Shown: positions 30,112-40,788 of the stretch, piece after piece
Position numbering within the stretch: the stretch's first letter is position 1
How the letters are laid out: each line of letters begins with the position of its first letter
Position numbers and translations under genes: made by a program
The notes under the pieces: generated by a model
Told to the model about the DNA's origin: nothing
Databases searched by the model: none
Seen by the model: the letters and a program-made list of their open reading frames with translations, nothing else
Source of the DNA: an uncultured Acidobacteriaceae bacterium
GTDB lineage: Bacteria > Acidobacteriota > Terriglobia > Terriglobales > Acidobacteriaceae
Length of the DNA stretch: 64,000 nt
Reading direction: 5' to 3'
Assembly (NCBI GenBank): GCA_963798275.1
Contig: CAWCTB010000053.1
Coordinates: forward strand, 35,924 to 99,923

Positions 30112-31807
30112 ACTTCGGCTCCTCCACCGTCACGAATGCGATCCACGGCCACGTTCTCCAGCACCTGCTCGCGTCCGCTCGGCCACTTCACCACCAACTT
30201 CTCCACCTTCGCGCTGCTGCCCAGTCCGAAGTGCACCCGGCCGTCGTCCTGCGACAGATAGCCCGACCCCGCCACGCGCTCCGCAATCTGCGTCCTTCCC
30301 CCCGCCGTTACCGCCAGCTGCGCGCCAATGCCATCTCGATTGCTCTTCGTGCCCTTCAGCTTGACGGTCAGCCAGTGCCCGGTATTCGCCGACGTGTTGT
30401 GAAACAGCGTTGCCTTTCGCTCCCAGGTTCACCAGGAACGCGTCGACCTTCCCATCGTTGTCGTAGTCGCCGAAGCACGCCCCGCGCGCCACCGTCTTCA
30501 CATCGAACACCGGCCCAGCCTGCCGCGACACATCCACGAACTGGCCCTTACCCACGCCCTTGAACACCGAATGTTCTTCCGGTATCAGGTGGATCAGTCC
30601 GCCATGAAATGTCAGGATGTCGAGGATGCCGTCGTTATCGAAGTCGTAGATGCCCGACCCCCAGCTCACATACTGTCCGGTCACGGGAGAAATGCCTGAC
30701 GCCGCGCCGATGTCATCGAACTGCATCTTCCCCGTGTTACGCATCAGCCGGTTGTATTTCGAGTCGGTCACCCACAAGGTCGACTTTCCCGTCGTTATCC
30801 ACGTCCGCGAACACCGGCCCCATCGCCGAAGTCGACTCGCCGTTCTGCCCATACGCCACCCCGGCATCCACCGCGATCTCTTCGAACGTCCCATCGTGCT
30901 TGTTGTGGAAGAGGAAGTTCTCGGTCTTGTCGTTCGCCACGTAAATATCGGGATATCCGTCGCCGTCGAAGTCGGCCGCGGTCACGCCCATGGTGCGGCC
31001 CTTGTACGCGGCGATGCCTGACTTCTCGCTCACGTCCGTGAACGTGCCGTCGCAATTGTTGTGGTAGAGAACGTTGGTGTCGCCCTCGTAGTCGAGCGGC
31101 CCCGGGTAGTTGTCCGCCGCGTAATAGTTGCGATACTTGGGATCGAACTTCACGTACCGCCCGACGAACAGATCGACGCATCCGTCGCGGTCATAGTCAA
31201 GCCATGTCGAGCTGATCGACCACCCCTCCACCTTGATCCCCGCCTTCGCCGTCACGTCCTCGAACGTGCCATCGCCCTTGTTGCGATAGAGAATCGCGCG
31301 GCCATATCCGGTGACGAACAAATCGGTGAAGCCATCGTTGTCGAAGTCGGCGGCAATCGCGGCCATGCCGTAAAGGTTCGCCGCCACTCCCGCCTGTTCG
31401 GTGACATCGGTGAACGTTCCGTTGCCGTTGTTGCGATACAGATGGTTATGTGGCGCGGTCTCGGGCGCCTTCTTCAGCGGATATGGGTGCATGCCCGCTT
31501 CCAGAGGCTTCCCGCTTGCCACGTAGAGGTCCGGCAGACCGTCGTTGTTGTAGTCGAACCACACGCAGCCGCTGCCCGTGCCCTCCAGCAGGGAACCGAG
31601 CTTCTCCGCGCCGAAGCTGTGGGTGAACGCGATGCCCGACGCCGCGGTCGCATCGTCGAAGTGGATCGTGCTTTCATCGCCGGTAGAGCTGGCCTTCAGG
31701 CCGGCGTTCGGGCCGCTTCCTGCAAGGGGCTTTAGCCCCGGCGCGCTCTGCGCCATCACCACCGCCGCCGCCAACATCAAAATGAAGAAGCCTGCGCGTC
31801 GTAACAC
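30112..31807 (-). pseudogene. FG-GAP/VCBS repeat protein with C-terminal ASPIC/UnbV domain (CRTAC1 family); about 3 frame breaks (~30780, ~30415, ~30130)
   Basis: Signal peptide, then repeated DYNNDG..DL / FDNDGF.DL / DYDRDG / DFDGDGYPD / DVDNDGKVD. Then LFHNTSANTGHWLTVKLKGTKSNRDGIGA......GSGYLSQDDGRVHFGLG...VEKLVVKWPSG. These are spread over three frames. Confidence 0.85.
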
Positions 31808-31808
31808 C

Positions 31809-33184
31809 TCAACGCCCTCCCTTCTGGCTGGTATGGCTCGCTTCCGCCGTTCCCAGCAGCGCCACTGGTTCGGTGGACTTCAGCAGCACCGCGGGTACCG
31901 CGTTCTCCGGAGCCCGCTCCGGCCCCGCATGGCAGCCGACGCAGATGCGCTGCTCGCCCCGCCGCGCCCAATACCATCCTTGCTCCCGCTGCACCGTCTT
32001 GCCCGCGCTGTCCACCAGCTCAAATTGCAGTGGCCGGTCGCCGGGCACCTGCACAAAGAACGATCCATCCCGCTCCACCTGTCGCCGACCCCAGCAGCAT
32101 CGCCTTGCCGTCGTTGCTCGCGCCGTACAGCCGCACCGTAGCGACCGATCCCTCGGCAATCTTGAATTTCGACGTGTAAACGTTCAGCGCCAGCAGGTTT
32201 GCGTTCGGCCAATCGTGCAGCCCCGAAGGATGCCGGTTGGGCACCGCATGCGGTCGTACCACCACCGGCTGCACTACGTCGGCTGCCGGATCGCTCACCA
32301 TCGCACCCAACACCGCGCCTGAGGGGCTCATCCGTTGCAGCGCAAACTTGCTGTTTGCATCCGGACGCCACACCGCCAGCCACTCGCTCTCCGATACCTC
32401 CGCCACGTCGCCGGCGAACTCGCCGCCAGCCGCCGGCTGCATCGCCACCTCATGCGCCAGCGCCGACGTAAATCGCGCCGCCCTGCCCTGGCTCGCCAAC
32501 ACGATGTCGCCCGATGCCACTTGCCTGCCCGCATAACGCGAAGCTCCGTGATCGCAGCGATACGCTTCCACCCCGCTGCCATCGCTGTACACCGTGTACA
32601 GTTCGCTGCTCGCGCCAGCGCCCAGCGGATACTGCGCCTCAAACAGCACGCGCCCATCGCGCAGCACATCCGTCGGCAGCGCGTTACCAGGTGTGTACGA
32701 AAGCTCGAGCGGAGCGCTCCCGTCGGGGCCGGCGCTCTCCACAACAAAGCGGCCATGGCTCAGCCGCGCATACACCAGCCGGTCCTCCGGCAGATACAGC
32801 GGACGAACACATCCCTCCGCACACGACGTAACCTGACTCGGTTTCCCGCCGTCCGCCGCCGCCTCGAAGATCTGCCACTGGTCGCCTGCCGTTCGCTTGC
32901 CGGCAAACAGCACGTGCGTCCCGTCGAACGACACCGCCGCATCCGCCGTCGCCGCGAATCCCGCAACCCATGGCCGCGACTTCGTGCCGTCGAATAAAAC
33001 CAGGCTGCTGCCGGAAGGAAAGCGCTCTCCGCCCTTGAGCCATGCCAGCGCCTGCATACTGCGGTGCTGCGGTGTAGAGGAAAATCGGCCGCGCATCCAA
33101 TTTCGGCGACTCGGCTCCCAGCCGCAGCCAGATGCCGCACCCCGCCACCATGACAAGAAGGGCGGTGAGAATTCGCCACCGCAT
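31809..33184 (-). pseudogene. PD40/TolB-like beta-propeller protein with a hydrazine-synthase-alpha-like (HZS_alpha) C-terminal module; 2 frame breaks (~33058, ~32095)
   Basis: N-terminal anchor MRWRILTALLVMVAGCG. The propeller region is in ORF 32020-33201. The C-terminus VERDGSFFVQVPGDRPLQFELVD..GKTVQREQGWYWARRGEQRICVGCHAGPERAPEN is in ORF 31809-32159. Confidence 0.65.
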
Positions 33185-34186
33185 CTATGCCAATCCTCCA
33201 ACCGCCAGGGCGGAGGTCGATTGCGACACGGCGCGCAGCGCGACGTAGGAATCCAGGTCGCGCATCATCATTTCGAATTGTTCGAAATCGAGCGACTGAT
33301 CGCCGTCGCTCATCGCCTTTTCCGGTTGCGGATGCACTTCCACCAGCAGCCCATCGGCGCCTACTACCACCCCGGCCCGCGCCAGGATCGGCACCAGTGT
33401 CCGGACTCCCGCGGCATGGCTTGGATCGACGATCACCGGCAGATGGCTCACCGTCTTCAGCACCGGCACCGCCGCCACGTCGAAGGTGTTGCGCGTCGCC
33501 GTCTCAAACGTGCGAATGCCGCGCTCGCACAGGATGACGTCGGGATTCCCGTGCTCCACAATGCACTGTGCCGAGCGCAGCAGATCTTCCAGAGTGGCCG
33601 TCATGCCCCGCTTCAGCAGCACCGGTCGGCCGCAACTCCCCAGCCGCTCCAGCAGCGAGAAGTTCTCCATGCTGCGCGTCCCCACCTGCATGATGTCGGC
33701 ATACTCGGCGACGACGTCGACGTCGGTCTCCGACATCACCTCGGTGATAATCGCCAGGCCAGTCTCCTGCCGCGCCTTCGCCATGATTTTCAGGCCTTCC
33801 ACTCCCATGCCTTGAAACGAGTAGGGCGAGGAGCGCGGCTTGTAGGCCCCGCCGCGCAGGATGCGGGCACCCGCCAGTGCGACCGAAACCGCAGTACGCA
33901 GCACCTGCCGCTCCGATTCCACGGCACACGGCCCCGCCATCACCACGAATTCGCTGCCGCCAATCGCGATGTCGCCTACCCACACCACCGTTTGCGGGCG
34001 TGCGGCCGTCTTCGACACCAGGTTGTAACAGGAGAACTGCCCATTCCAGCGTGCATTCACAAGATCAGCACCCCACCCCATTTGTTCCGACGCTGTACCG
34101 TAGCCTCCGCCATCCACTCCAGTCGGTGATGTATGACCATTCGGGTTGTGACAAGCGTGGTAAGATCGGCGACTAGTATTTTTCAA
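33185..34186 (-). CDS. aroF: 3-deoxy-7-phosphoheptulonate (DAHP) synthase, type I-beta
   Basis: [11 protein letters not shown]......V...[26 protein letters not shown]......ETGL.IITEV...D......YADI.QVG.R.M.NF.LL...G....PVLLKRG......DLL.....I...[14 protein letters not shown]...[20 protein letters not shown]. The start codon is uncertain (TTG at 34186 or an internal site). Confidence 0.9.
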   Translation of the reverse strand: MKNTSRRSYHACHNPNGHTSPTGVDGGGYGTASEQMGWGADLVNARWNGQFSCYNLVSKTAARPQTVVWVGDIAIGGSEFVVMAGPCAVESERQVLRTAVSVALAGARILRGGAYKPRSSPYSFQGMGVEGLKIMAKARQETGLAIITEVMSETDVDVVAEYADIMQVGTRSMENFSLLERLGSCGRPVLLKRGMTATLEDLLRSAQCIVEHGNPDVILCERGIRTFETATRNTFDVAAVPVLKTVSHLPVIVDPSHAAGVRTLVPILARAGVVVGADGLLVEVHPQPEKAMSDGDQSLDFEQFEMMMRDLDSYVALRAVSQSTSALAVGGLA

Positions 34187-34394
34187 CTATTGCCATGGCG
34201 GAAGAGGCTGGACCTTAGTGTTTATGCGGCTCCGGCAGTACCCGGTAAAAACAGCTCCTCCGGCGGCGTCTCGCATTAGTCGCAGAAGCGTGCAACTGAT
34301 ATGGCGATTGCTATGTACACGACTCGCGTGACGAGTGTCACAGACTGCCACTAGGTTGCGGCCCGGGGCAGAGCCGGCCTTTCAGGCGGCGTTA

Positions 34395-34612
34395 CGGAAT
34401 CTCGCTTAAGCCCAATGCTTTGAAGGGGAAAGCACTGCCCGTCCTGCAGGGACAGCATATCTGAGCCCAGCGATTCATCGCTGGGAAGGCGCGTGGAAAA
34501 CTGAACGCGCTTTAGCGGACGGCACGAGTTCGTCCATGGATCTCCAGGCCGGCGTCTAAAAGCTCCTCATTATTTTCTTTCCGAGGGGCTTTATCAGCCC
34601 CGAGGAATCTGC
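34395..34612. repeat. REP-like hairpin mosaic
   Basis: Contains CCCAGCGA-TTCA-TCGCTGGG (34466-34485). 34405-34435 resembles the reverse complement of 59670-59700. 34545-34610 resembles the reverse complement of 59403-59470. Confidence 0.6.
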
Positions 34613-34648
34613 TGTTTCTTGGCCGTCACCTGCTTTTTCGGCAGCCTG

Positions 34649-35077
34649 CTATCCGCTCCGACCGGGGAACCGGCTCCATACCACCCATGCCATCGCCAGC
34701 AGCAGCAACGCCGCAATAATCCCCTGCGAGATCGCGCAGTACAGGCACCACACCCCCAGTAAGTGGGCTTCGATGTTGGTGAGATACAGCGCAAAGCTCA
34801 TGCCCAGCAAGCTTGCCACGAGCAGCAGAAAACGTTGACGCGCCAATCCCAGCGCGCCCAGCAGGGCGTAGCCCGCAATGCCCACGGCAGCGACCGGAAC
34901 CCCGTGAAAAACGGCATACGGGCTGTGATTCACAATGCCGCAGTCCCATTTCTCGTTGATGCTGCAGGGCTGCGTCTCGGTGCTGTAGTGCACCCGCAGT
35001 GCGAGGTAGGAAACCACCATGCCCGCCAGGGCCAGGACGAGAATGAGATAGCGCACGCTGATTGCTCCGCAAAACAA
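34649..35077 (-). CDS. Vitamin K epoxide reductase (VKOR) family protein
   Basis: Four TM segments, a loop Cys pair (C.INEKWDC) and a CLYC active-site motif. Confidence 0.85.
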   Translation of the reverse strand: MFCGAISVRYLILVLALAGMVVSYLALRVHYSTETQPCSINEKWDCGIVNHSPYAVFHGVPVAAVGIAGYALLGALGLARQRFLLLVASLLGMSFALYLTNIEAHLLGVWCLYCAISQGIIAALLLLAMAWVVWSRFPGRSG

Positions 35078-35151
35078 TAAGGTCTTTCATTCGGAAGTAT
35101 ACGTTGCCCGCCCGATCACCGAGGCATCACAAGTCCTTGTGACATGTTAAA

Positions 35152-35517
35152 ATGCGCCTGTTCATGCGACGCTGCCTCTCCACCCTCCTGTTGCTCGCCT
35201 TCTGCGCGGGTTTGGCTCTCCCGTTTATGTTGGCCCAGCCTTCGCTGCTGCCTGCGTGCTGCGCCCGGGGAGGCAAGCATCACTGCAACATGGCCGCCAT
35301 GGGGGCGATTCCCGGCCGCGACGGTTTCAAGTCGGCTCCCGAGGCATGTCCCTATCGTCATTGTGCCGTCCTGGCGTCCGTACTCTCCGCGCTGACTGTC
35401 CCGCGTCACCGTACCGCAATCCTCGTTTTGCTCAGCCAGTCCCTCCAGCCAAACGCCGTTGCCTTCGACTCGATCCATCACCGTGATGCGCACAAGCGCG
35501 GGCCTCCAACCGCCTGA
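35152..35517 (+). CDS. Small secreted Cys/His-rich protein (DUF2946-like?)
   Basis: Signal peptide MRLFMRRCLSTLLLLAFCAGLALP, then PACCARGGKHHC...EACPYRHC. It is divergent from VKOR and lies 90 nt upstream of the TonB-dependent receptor. Confidence 0.5.
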   Translation: MRLFMRRCLSTLLLLAFCAGLALPFMLAQPSLLPACCARGGKHHCNMAAMGAIPGRDGFKSAPEACPYRHCAVLASVLSALTVPRHRTAILVLLSQSLQPNAVAFDSIHHRDAHKRGPPTA

Positions 35518-35622
35518 TCTCCAGCTCGCTCTTACTCTCGTACTGATCTGGCGATAACGCCGGACGGCGCCGTTACGTGTGCACCGGCCCCCGCGATATC
35601 CGGGTGTTTGGAGACTCTTGAG

Positions 35623-37848
35623 ATGCGGCACTCTATTTCACGATGGATCCGTTTGCTTGCAGCGCCTCTGATTCTTGCCATGGCGCTGCCCTGTTCCGCC
35701 ACCGTCTTTGGCAATGTACGCGGTGTCGTGCACGACCCGCAGCATCGCCCCATCAGCGGTGCACACGCCACCCTTCAGGCCCAGGATTCGGCGTACACGC
35801 TTGCCATGGAGACCGATGCTGATGGTGCGTTTCACTTCGATGCAGTGCCCTTGGGCGCTTACATCGTCACCGCTGACGCCCCCGGATTCGCGCCCCAGTC
35901 GCAGGTGCTGGTCGTGGTTTCCGGCTCGGCGCCGGTACTGCATTTCCAGCTTGCTGTCGCCACCGCGAATCAAGAGGTCACCGTCACTGCTTCTCCAGAG
36001 GACCTGAACCCCGATTCGCCCCGGCGCGACATTCTCATCAGCCAGCAGCAGATCTCCCGCTATGCCGGCGTGGACGCCAGCAACAGCTTCAAGATCATCA
36101 CCGAATTTGTTCCCGGCTCCTACATGGTGCACGACCAGTTGCACGTTCGCGGTGGCCATCAGGTGACCTGGGCAATCGACGGCGTCCCCATCCCCAACAC
36201 CAACATCGCCTCCAACGTGGGGCCCCAGTTCAACCCCAAAGACGTCTCCTACCTTCAGGCGGAAACCGGTAGCTTTGCTGCCGAATACGGCGACCGCACC
36301 TACGGCGTCTTTAACGTTGCTCCCAATACAGGTTTTGAACGTGATCGGCAGGCAGAACTCATCGCCAGCTATGGCAACTACAACCAAACCGACGACTGGC
36401 TGAGTTTTGGCGACCACACTTCCAACTTTGCTTACTACGTCAGCGCCGGCGGCAATAACACCGATTGGGGTCTTGAGCCGCCTACCAGCGTCAACCTTCA
36501 CAATCAGGCATCCGGCGGTGGCGGATTCACCTCGCTGATTTACAATCGCGATCCCAAGGATCAGTTTCGCTTCGATGCCGGCTTCAGGCTCGACTATTAC
36601 CAGGTACCCAACGATCCGGATATGCAAGCGGCCGCGGTCAACGATCGCCAGCGCGAGCAGGACATCTTCGCTACCGCCACCTGGGTCCATACCTACTCGC
36701 CGGGTCTCATGCTCATCGCCTCGCCCTTCTATCACTTCAACCGCGCCGCCTACGAGGGGGGACCGAGCGACGTCCCCATCACCACCGACAATCGTGCCTC
36801 CAACTACGAAGGCGGCCAGGTCACCCTGGCGGCGCTCAACTCCCGCAACAATGCTCGCGCCGGGATCTATGCTTTCGCCCAGCAGGACAACACCTACTTC
36901 TCACTGATTGCCAATGACGGCTCCGGCCAGCAATTCAGCCAGCGGGTTTATCCCGGCGGTTCTGTCTTTGCCGGCTTTCTCGAGGACCAGTTCAAGGCAG
37001 CATCATGGCTGACCTTCACCGGCGGACTTCGCATGACCCACTTTTCCGGCAGCATCACCGAAAACGCCTTCGATCCGCGGGCGGGAGTGGCTATCCAAGT
37101 ACCTAAACTGAACTGGGTCTTGCGCGCCGCTTATTCGTATTACTACCAGCCGCCGCCGCTCGACACCGTTTCTGGTTCGCTGCTTGATTTCACCCAGAGC
37201 CAGGGACTGGGATTTCTCCCTCTGCAAGGTGAGCGCGACATCCAGCAGGAGTACGGCATCACCATTCCCATGCATAACTGGGTTTCCACCATCACCTATT
37301 TCCACACCAGCGTCCGCAACTTCTTTGACCACGACGTGATTGGCAATTCCAACATCTTCCTGCCCCTCACCATTCAGGGTGCCATCATTGAGGGCGAGGA
37401 AGCCACCATCCGCTCGCCGCTGCTGCTCCATCGCTATCACGCTCACCTGGTTTACTCCCACCAACTGGCCCAGGGTGTCGGCGCCGTCACCGGTGGTCTT
37501 ACCGATTTTTCCCCGCCGGAAGGAGGGTCGTTCTATCTTGACCACGACCAGCGCAACACGCTTTCCGCCGGCTGCGATGGCGATCTGCCATGGCACAGTT
37601 TCGCCGCGCTCACGCTGAACTATGGTTCCGGCTTCCTCAACGGCGACGGTCCCGCTCATCTGCCCAGCTACTACACCCTCGATCTGTCCGTGGGAAAGTC
37701 GTTTGGCGAGAACTGGACGGTGCGCTTCATCGGCACCAACATCACCAACCAGCGCTATATGCTCGACACCAGCAATACTTTTGGCGGTACCCATTGGGCC
37801 GATCCCGCCATGCTGGCCGGGCAGATAAAATTCCGCTTCCACTACTAG
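35623..37848 (+). CDS. TonB-dependent receptor with N-terminal carboxypeptidase-regulatory-like domain
   Basis: Signal peptide. GVVHDPQHRPISGAHATLQ....YTLAMETDADGAFHFDAVPLGAYIV is the CarboxypepD_reg domain. A plug motif and a long beta-barrel follow, ending in FRFHY. Confidence 0.9.
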   Translation: MRHSISRWIRLLAAPLILAMALPCSATVFGNVRGVVHDPQHRPISGAHATLQAQDSAYTLAMETDADGAFHFDAVPLGAYIVTADAPGFAPQSQVLVVVSGSAPVLHFQLAVATANQEVTVTASPEDLNPDSPRRDILISQQQISRYAGVDASNSFKIITEFVPGSYMVHDQLHVRGGHQVTWAIDGVPIPNTNIASNVGPQFNPKDVSYLQAETGSFAAEYGDRTYGVFNVAPNTGFERDRQAELIASYGNYNQTDDWLSFGDHTSNFAYYVSAGGNNTDWGLEPPTSVNLHNQASGGGGFTSLIYNRDPKDQFRFDAGFRLDYYQVPNDPDMQAAAVNDRQREQDIFATATWVHTYSPGLMLIASPFYHFNRAAYEGGPSDVPITTDNRASNYEGGQVTLAALNSRNNARAGIYAFAQQDNTYFSLIANDGSGQQFSQRVYPGGSVFAGFLEDQFKAASWLTFTGGLRMTHFSGSITENAFDPRAGVAIQVPKLNWVLRAAYSYYYQPPPLDTVSGSLLDFTQSQGLGFLPLQGERDIQQEYGITIPMHNWVSTITYFHTSVRNFFDHDVIGNSNIFLPLTIQGAIIEGEEATIRSPLLLHRYHAHLVYSHQLAQGVGAVTGGLTDFSPPEGGSFYLDHDQRNTLSAGCDGDLPWHSFAALTLNYGSGFLNGDGPAHLPSYYTLDLSVGKSFGENWTVRFIGTNITNQRYMLDTSNTFGGTHWADPAMLAGQIKFRFHY

Positions 37849-37869
37849 AAACTGTCTAGTGTTCTCATG

Positions 37870-38045
37870 GTCCGTATTGAAAGGGCACGGCTTCAGCCGC
37901 GCCGGAAATACAATCCAACGCCGCCGTATGACCAATTCGTCCGGTTTCACAGTTAATGTAGTCCACGTCTCGCCTTGAAAGGGCACGGCTTCAGCCGTGC
38001 CGCATCTGGCATGAACGGAGTGGGGCTTTAGCCCCTGAGGGGACT
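37870..38045. repeat. REP-like hairpin cluster
   Basis: TGAAAGGGCACGGC-TTCA-GCCGCGCC (37878-37903), TTGAAAGGGCACGGC-TTCA-GCCGTGCC (37975-38001) and GGGGC-TTTA-GCCCC (38022-38035). Confidence 0.7.
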
Positions 38046-38361
38046 CGGTCTACACCATCTCTGAAAATGCTTTAGTTGCCGGAACTGCGTACTTGGAAGC
38101 CCCGTATCGGCGGCGTGCCTCATGTTCGCGCGTGGACACCACTGCCCGGCTACGGACGGCGGAACTGCATTATCATTCCGAACAACTCCACCATATCGAA
38201 GTGCTGCCGGGCTGGCTTTCGGCGCCGCGTGGTCTCCAACGTGCTCCAAAAAAGATTAGATCGACTATCCTTGCCAAACGATCTGCACACTTGGGGTTTG
38301 CGCGCCTGGAGGCATGAGCCATGGAACCCCGGCGCACAAGCTATCGGGCATGGGGAGCAGG

Positions 38362-40785
38362 ATGCGAAATCTAGTGCCAAACCTTCGCCACAGCCTGCGC
38401 AGGATGCGCAAGAATCCCGGCATGACCGCCACTGTTCTGCTGACCTTGGCGCTGGGTATTGGCGCCACCACCGCGATCTTCACTGTGGATTACGCGACCC
38501 TGCTTGCGCCGTTGCCCTACGACAAGCCCCAGCAGCTTGTCATCGTGTGGTCGAAGATCGGCGGCAATCGCAACGCGGTCTCCGCCGGAGATTTTACCGA
38601 TTGGAAGCAGCAGGCAACGGCATTTGCGGACATGCAAGCCTGGACCGCCGGCTCGTTCAACGTCGCTACTCACGAGCAGCCTGAATACGTCGAAGGACGG
38701 GTCAACACTCCCGGGCTCTATCGCATGTTGGGTTACCGATTCGCGCTGGGTCGCGATTTCCTTCCTGCGGAAGGACAGCCCGGACACGACCACGTGGTGA
38801 TTCTGACTCACAAGTATTGGATGCAGCGGGGCAGCGACTCCAACGCCCTCGGCACCACCGTGCCCATCAATGGCGAACCCTACACCGTGGTTGGAGTGCT
38901 CGCTCCCGGCCTCACCGATCGCGGCCAGGGACAAATCACCGTGCCGCTTTCCTTCAAGCCCGAGCAGATGAATCATGCCTTTCACTGGTTGGACGTAATG
39001 GGAAGGCTGAAACCAGGCGTGACCCGGAAACAGGCGCAGGACAACATGGATGCGGTCACCGCCCACCTCGCTCAGGCCTATCCGCAGACCAACAAGGGCT
39101 GGGGTGCTTTGGTCGAGCCGCTCAAAAACGACTTCATCCCGCCCGAGCGCATTCAGATGCTCTGGCTGCTGTTGGGCGCCGTGGGATTCCTCCTGCTGAT
39201 CGCCTGCGTAAATGTGGCCAATCTGCTGCTGGCCAGGGGCGTCACCCGTCAGAAAGAAATCGCGGTTCGCAGTGCATTAGGCGGTGCCCGCGCCGATATA
39301 TTCCGGCAGTTATTGACTGAGAGCTTCCTGCTTTCCGTCCTGGGAGGAGCGCTGGGTGTGGGCGTAGGCTACATTGTGCTCCGCGCGATCGTGGCCGTGT
39401 TGCCTCCCAATACCCTGCCGAGCGAAGCTGACCTTACCCTGAATCTTCCCATTTTGTCGGTTACCCTTCTGACCACCACTCTTGCCGGCATGCTTGCTGG
39501 CTGGGCTCCTGCCTGGTATGCCGCGCGCATCGATCCGGCAGAAGCGCTCAAGGAGGGTGGACGTTCGGGAACCAGCGGCGGGCATCATCGGCTGCGCAAA
39601 GCGCTCGTCGTCGGTGAGTTTGCCCTGGCGCTTACGCTGCTCACCGGAGCAGGCTTGGCGATTCACAGCTTGGTGAAACTTTTGCATGTGGACCTCGGCG
39701 TCCGCACTGACCACATCCTCACCTTCTATCTTCCGGTACCAGACACACGCTCCAGGCAACCGGACGACATCTGGGCCTACTACCGCCAGATTCTTGCCGA
39801 GATCAGCGCCGTTCCCGGCGTTTCGCATGCCGCAGTCTCGACCGGGCTCCCCTTACGCGGGGCCGGTTGGGGAACGCAATTCACCGTGGTGGGACGACCG
39901 GCGTATGCCGACCCGTCCCAGCGTCCGGGAACGGGATTTGGCATGGTCACCCCAGACTACTTCGACACCTTTGGCATTCGTGTGGTGAAAGGACGCGCCC
40001 TCAACGCTCAAGACACGTCTTCGAACCTCAAGGTAGTGATGGTGAATGACGAGTTCGTTACCCGCTATCTGAAAGGAACGGATCCGCTGCTGCAGCGCCT
40101 GTCCATCGAGCAATTGATTCCCGGAGTCACGCGACTGGGACCGCCGGCCGAGTGGCAAATTGTCGGTGTCTACCCCACCGTCCGAAGCGGCGGAATGCGC
40201 CGCGATAGCCCGGAGGTCCTGGTCTCCTTCTGGCAGTTACCCTGGCCCGACGCGTACATTGGCGTTCGCACCGCGCAGGATCCGGCCCGGATGCTTTCGA
40301 GTATCGCTGCAGCCGTGCATCGTGTCGATCCGCAGATTGCTCTCGCCGTACCGCGCACCATGGAACAGGTGCGGGACAGTGTGCTCGCCAATGACCGGTT
40401 CACGGCTATTTTGTTTACCAGCTTTGCTGCGGTAGCGCTGCTGTTGTGCGCTTTGGGTGTCTATGGCGTGATGGCGTTCTCCGTCGCACAACGCTCGCGC
40501 GAGATTGGTTTGCGGATGGCGCTCGGCGCTGGCCGCAATCGCGTGCTGGCGCAGTTGCTCAAAGAGGGCATGATGCTCGCCTGCACCGGGCTGATACTCG
40601 GGTTGGTTGGCGCCTGCTTTGTGGGCCGGGCCATGCAAAGCATGTTGTTTGGTGTGGGCGCAATCGATCTGTCTGCATTTCTTGCCGTGGACTTCGTACT
40701 TCTGGCTACAGCCTTGGCGGCCTGCTACCTGCCCGCGCGCCGGGCCGCATCGATCGAGCCCATGGAGGCGTTACGGCTGGAGTAA
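38362..40785 (+). CDS. ADOP-family duplicated ABC permease (MacB/FtsX-like, two FtsX modules)
   Basis: MRNLVPNLRHSLRRMRKNPGMTATVLLTLALGIGATTAIF is the typical ADOP N-terminus, followed by two MacB_PCD plus FtsX halves. No cognate ATPase is adjacent on the same strand. Confidence 0.9.
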   Translation: MRNLVPNLRHSLRRMRKNPGMTATVLLTLALGIGATTAIFTVDYATLLAPLPYDKPQQLVIVWSKIGGNRNAVSAGDFTDWKQQATAFADMQAWTAGSFNVATHEQPEYVEGRVNTPGLYRMLGYRFALGRDFLPAEGQPGHDHVVILTHKYWMQRGSDSNALGTTVPINGEPYTVVGVLAPGLTDRGQGQITVPLSFKPEQMNHAFHWLDVMGRLKPGVTRKQAQDNMDAVTAHLAQAYPQTNKGWGALVEPLKNDFIPPERIQMLWLLLGAVGFLLLIACVNVANLLLARGVTRQKEIAVRSALGGARADIFRQLLTESFLLSVLGGALGVGVGYIVLRAIVAVLPPNTLPSEADLTLNLPILSVTLLTTTLAGMLAGWAPAWYAARIDPAEALKEGGRSGTSGGHHRLRKALVVGEFALALTLLTGAGLAIHSLVKLLHVDLGVRTDHILTFYLPVPDTRSRQPDDIWAYYRQILAEISAVPGVSHAAVSTGLPLRGAGWGTQFTVVGRPAYADPSQRPGTGFGMVTPDYFDTFGIRVVKGRALNAQDTSSNLKVVMVNDEFVTRYLKGTDPLLQRLSIEQLIPGVTRLGPPAEWQIVGVYPTVRSGGMRRDSPEVLVSFWQLPWPDAYIGVRTAQDPARMLSSIAAAVHRVDPQIALAVPRTMEQVRDSVLANDRFTAILFTSFAAVALLLCALGVYGVMAFSVAQRSREIGLRMALGAGRNRVLAQLLKEGMMLACTGLILGLVGACFVGRAMQSMLFGVGAIDLSAFLAVDFVLLATALAACYLPARRAASIEPMEALRLE

Positions 40786-40788
40786 GCA

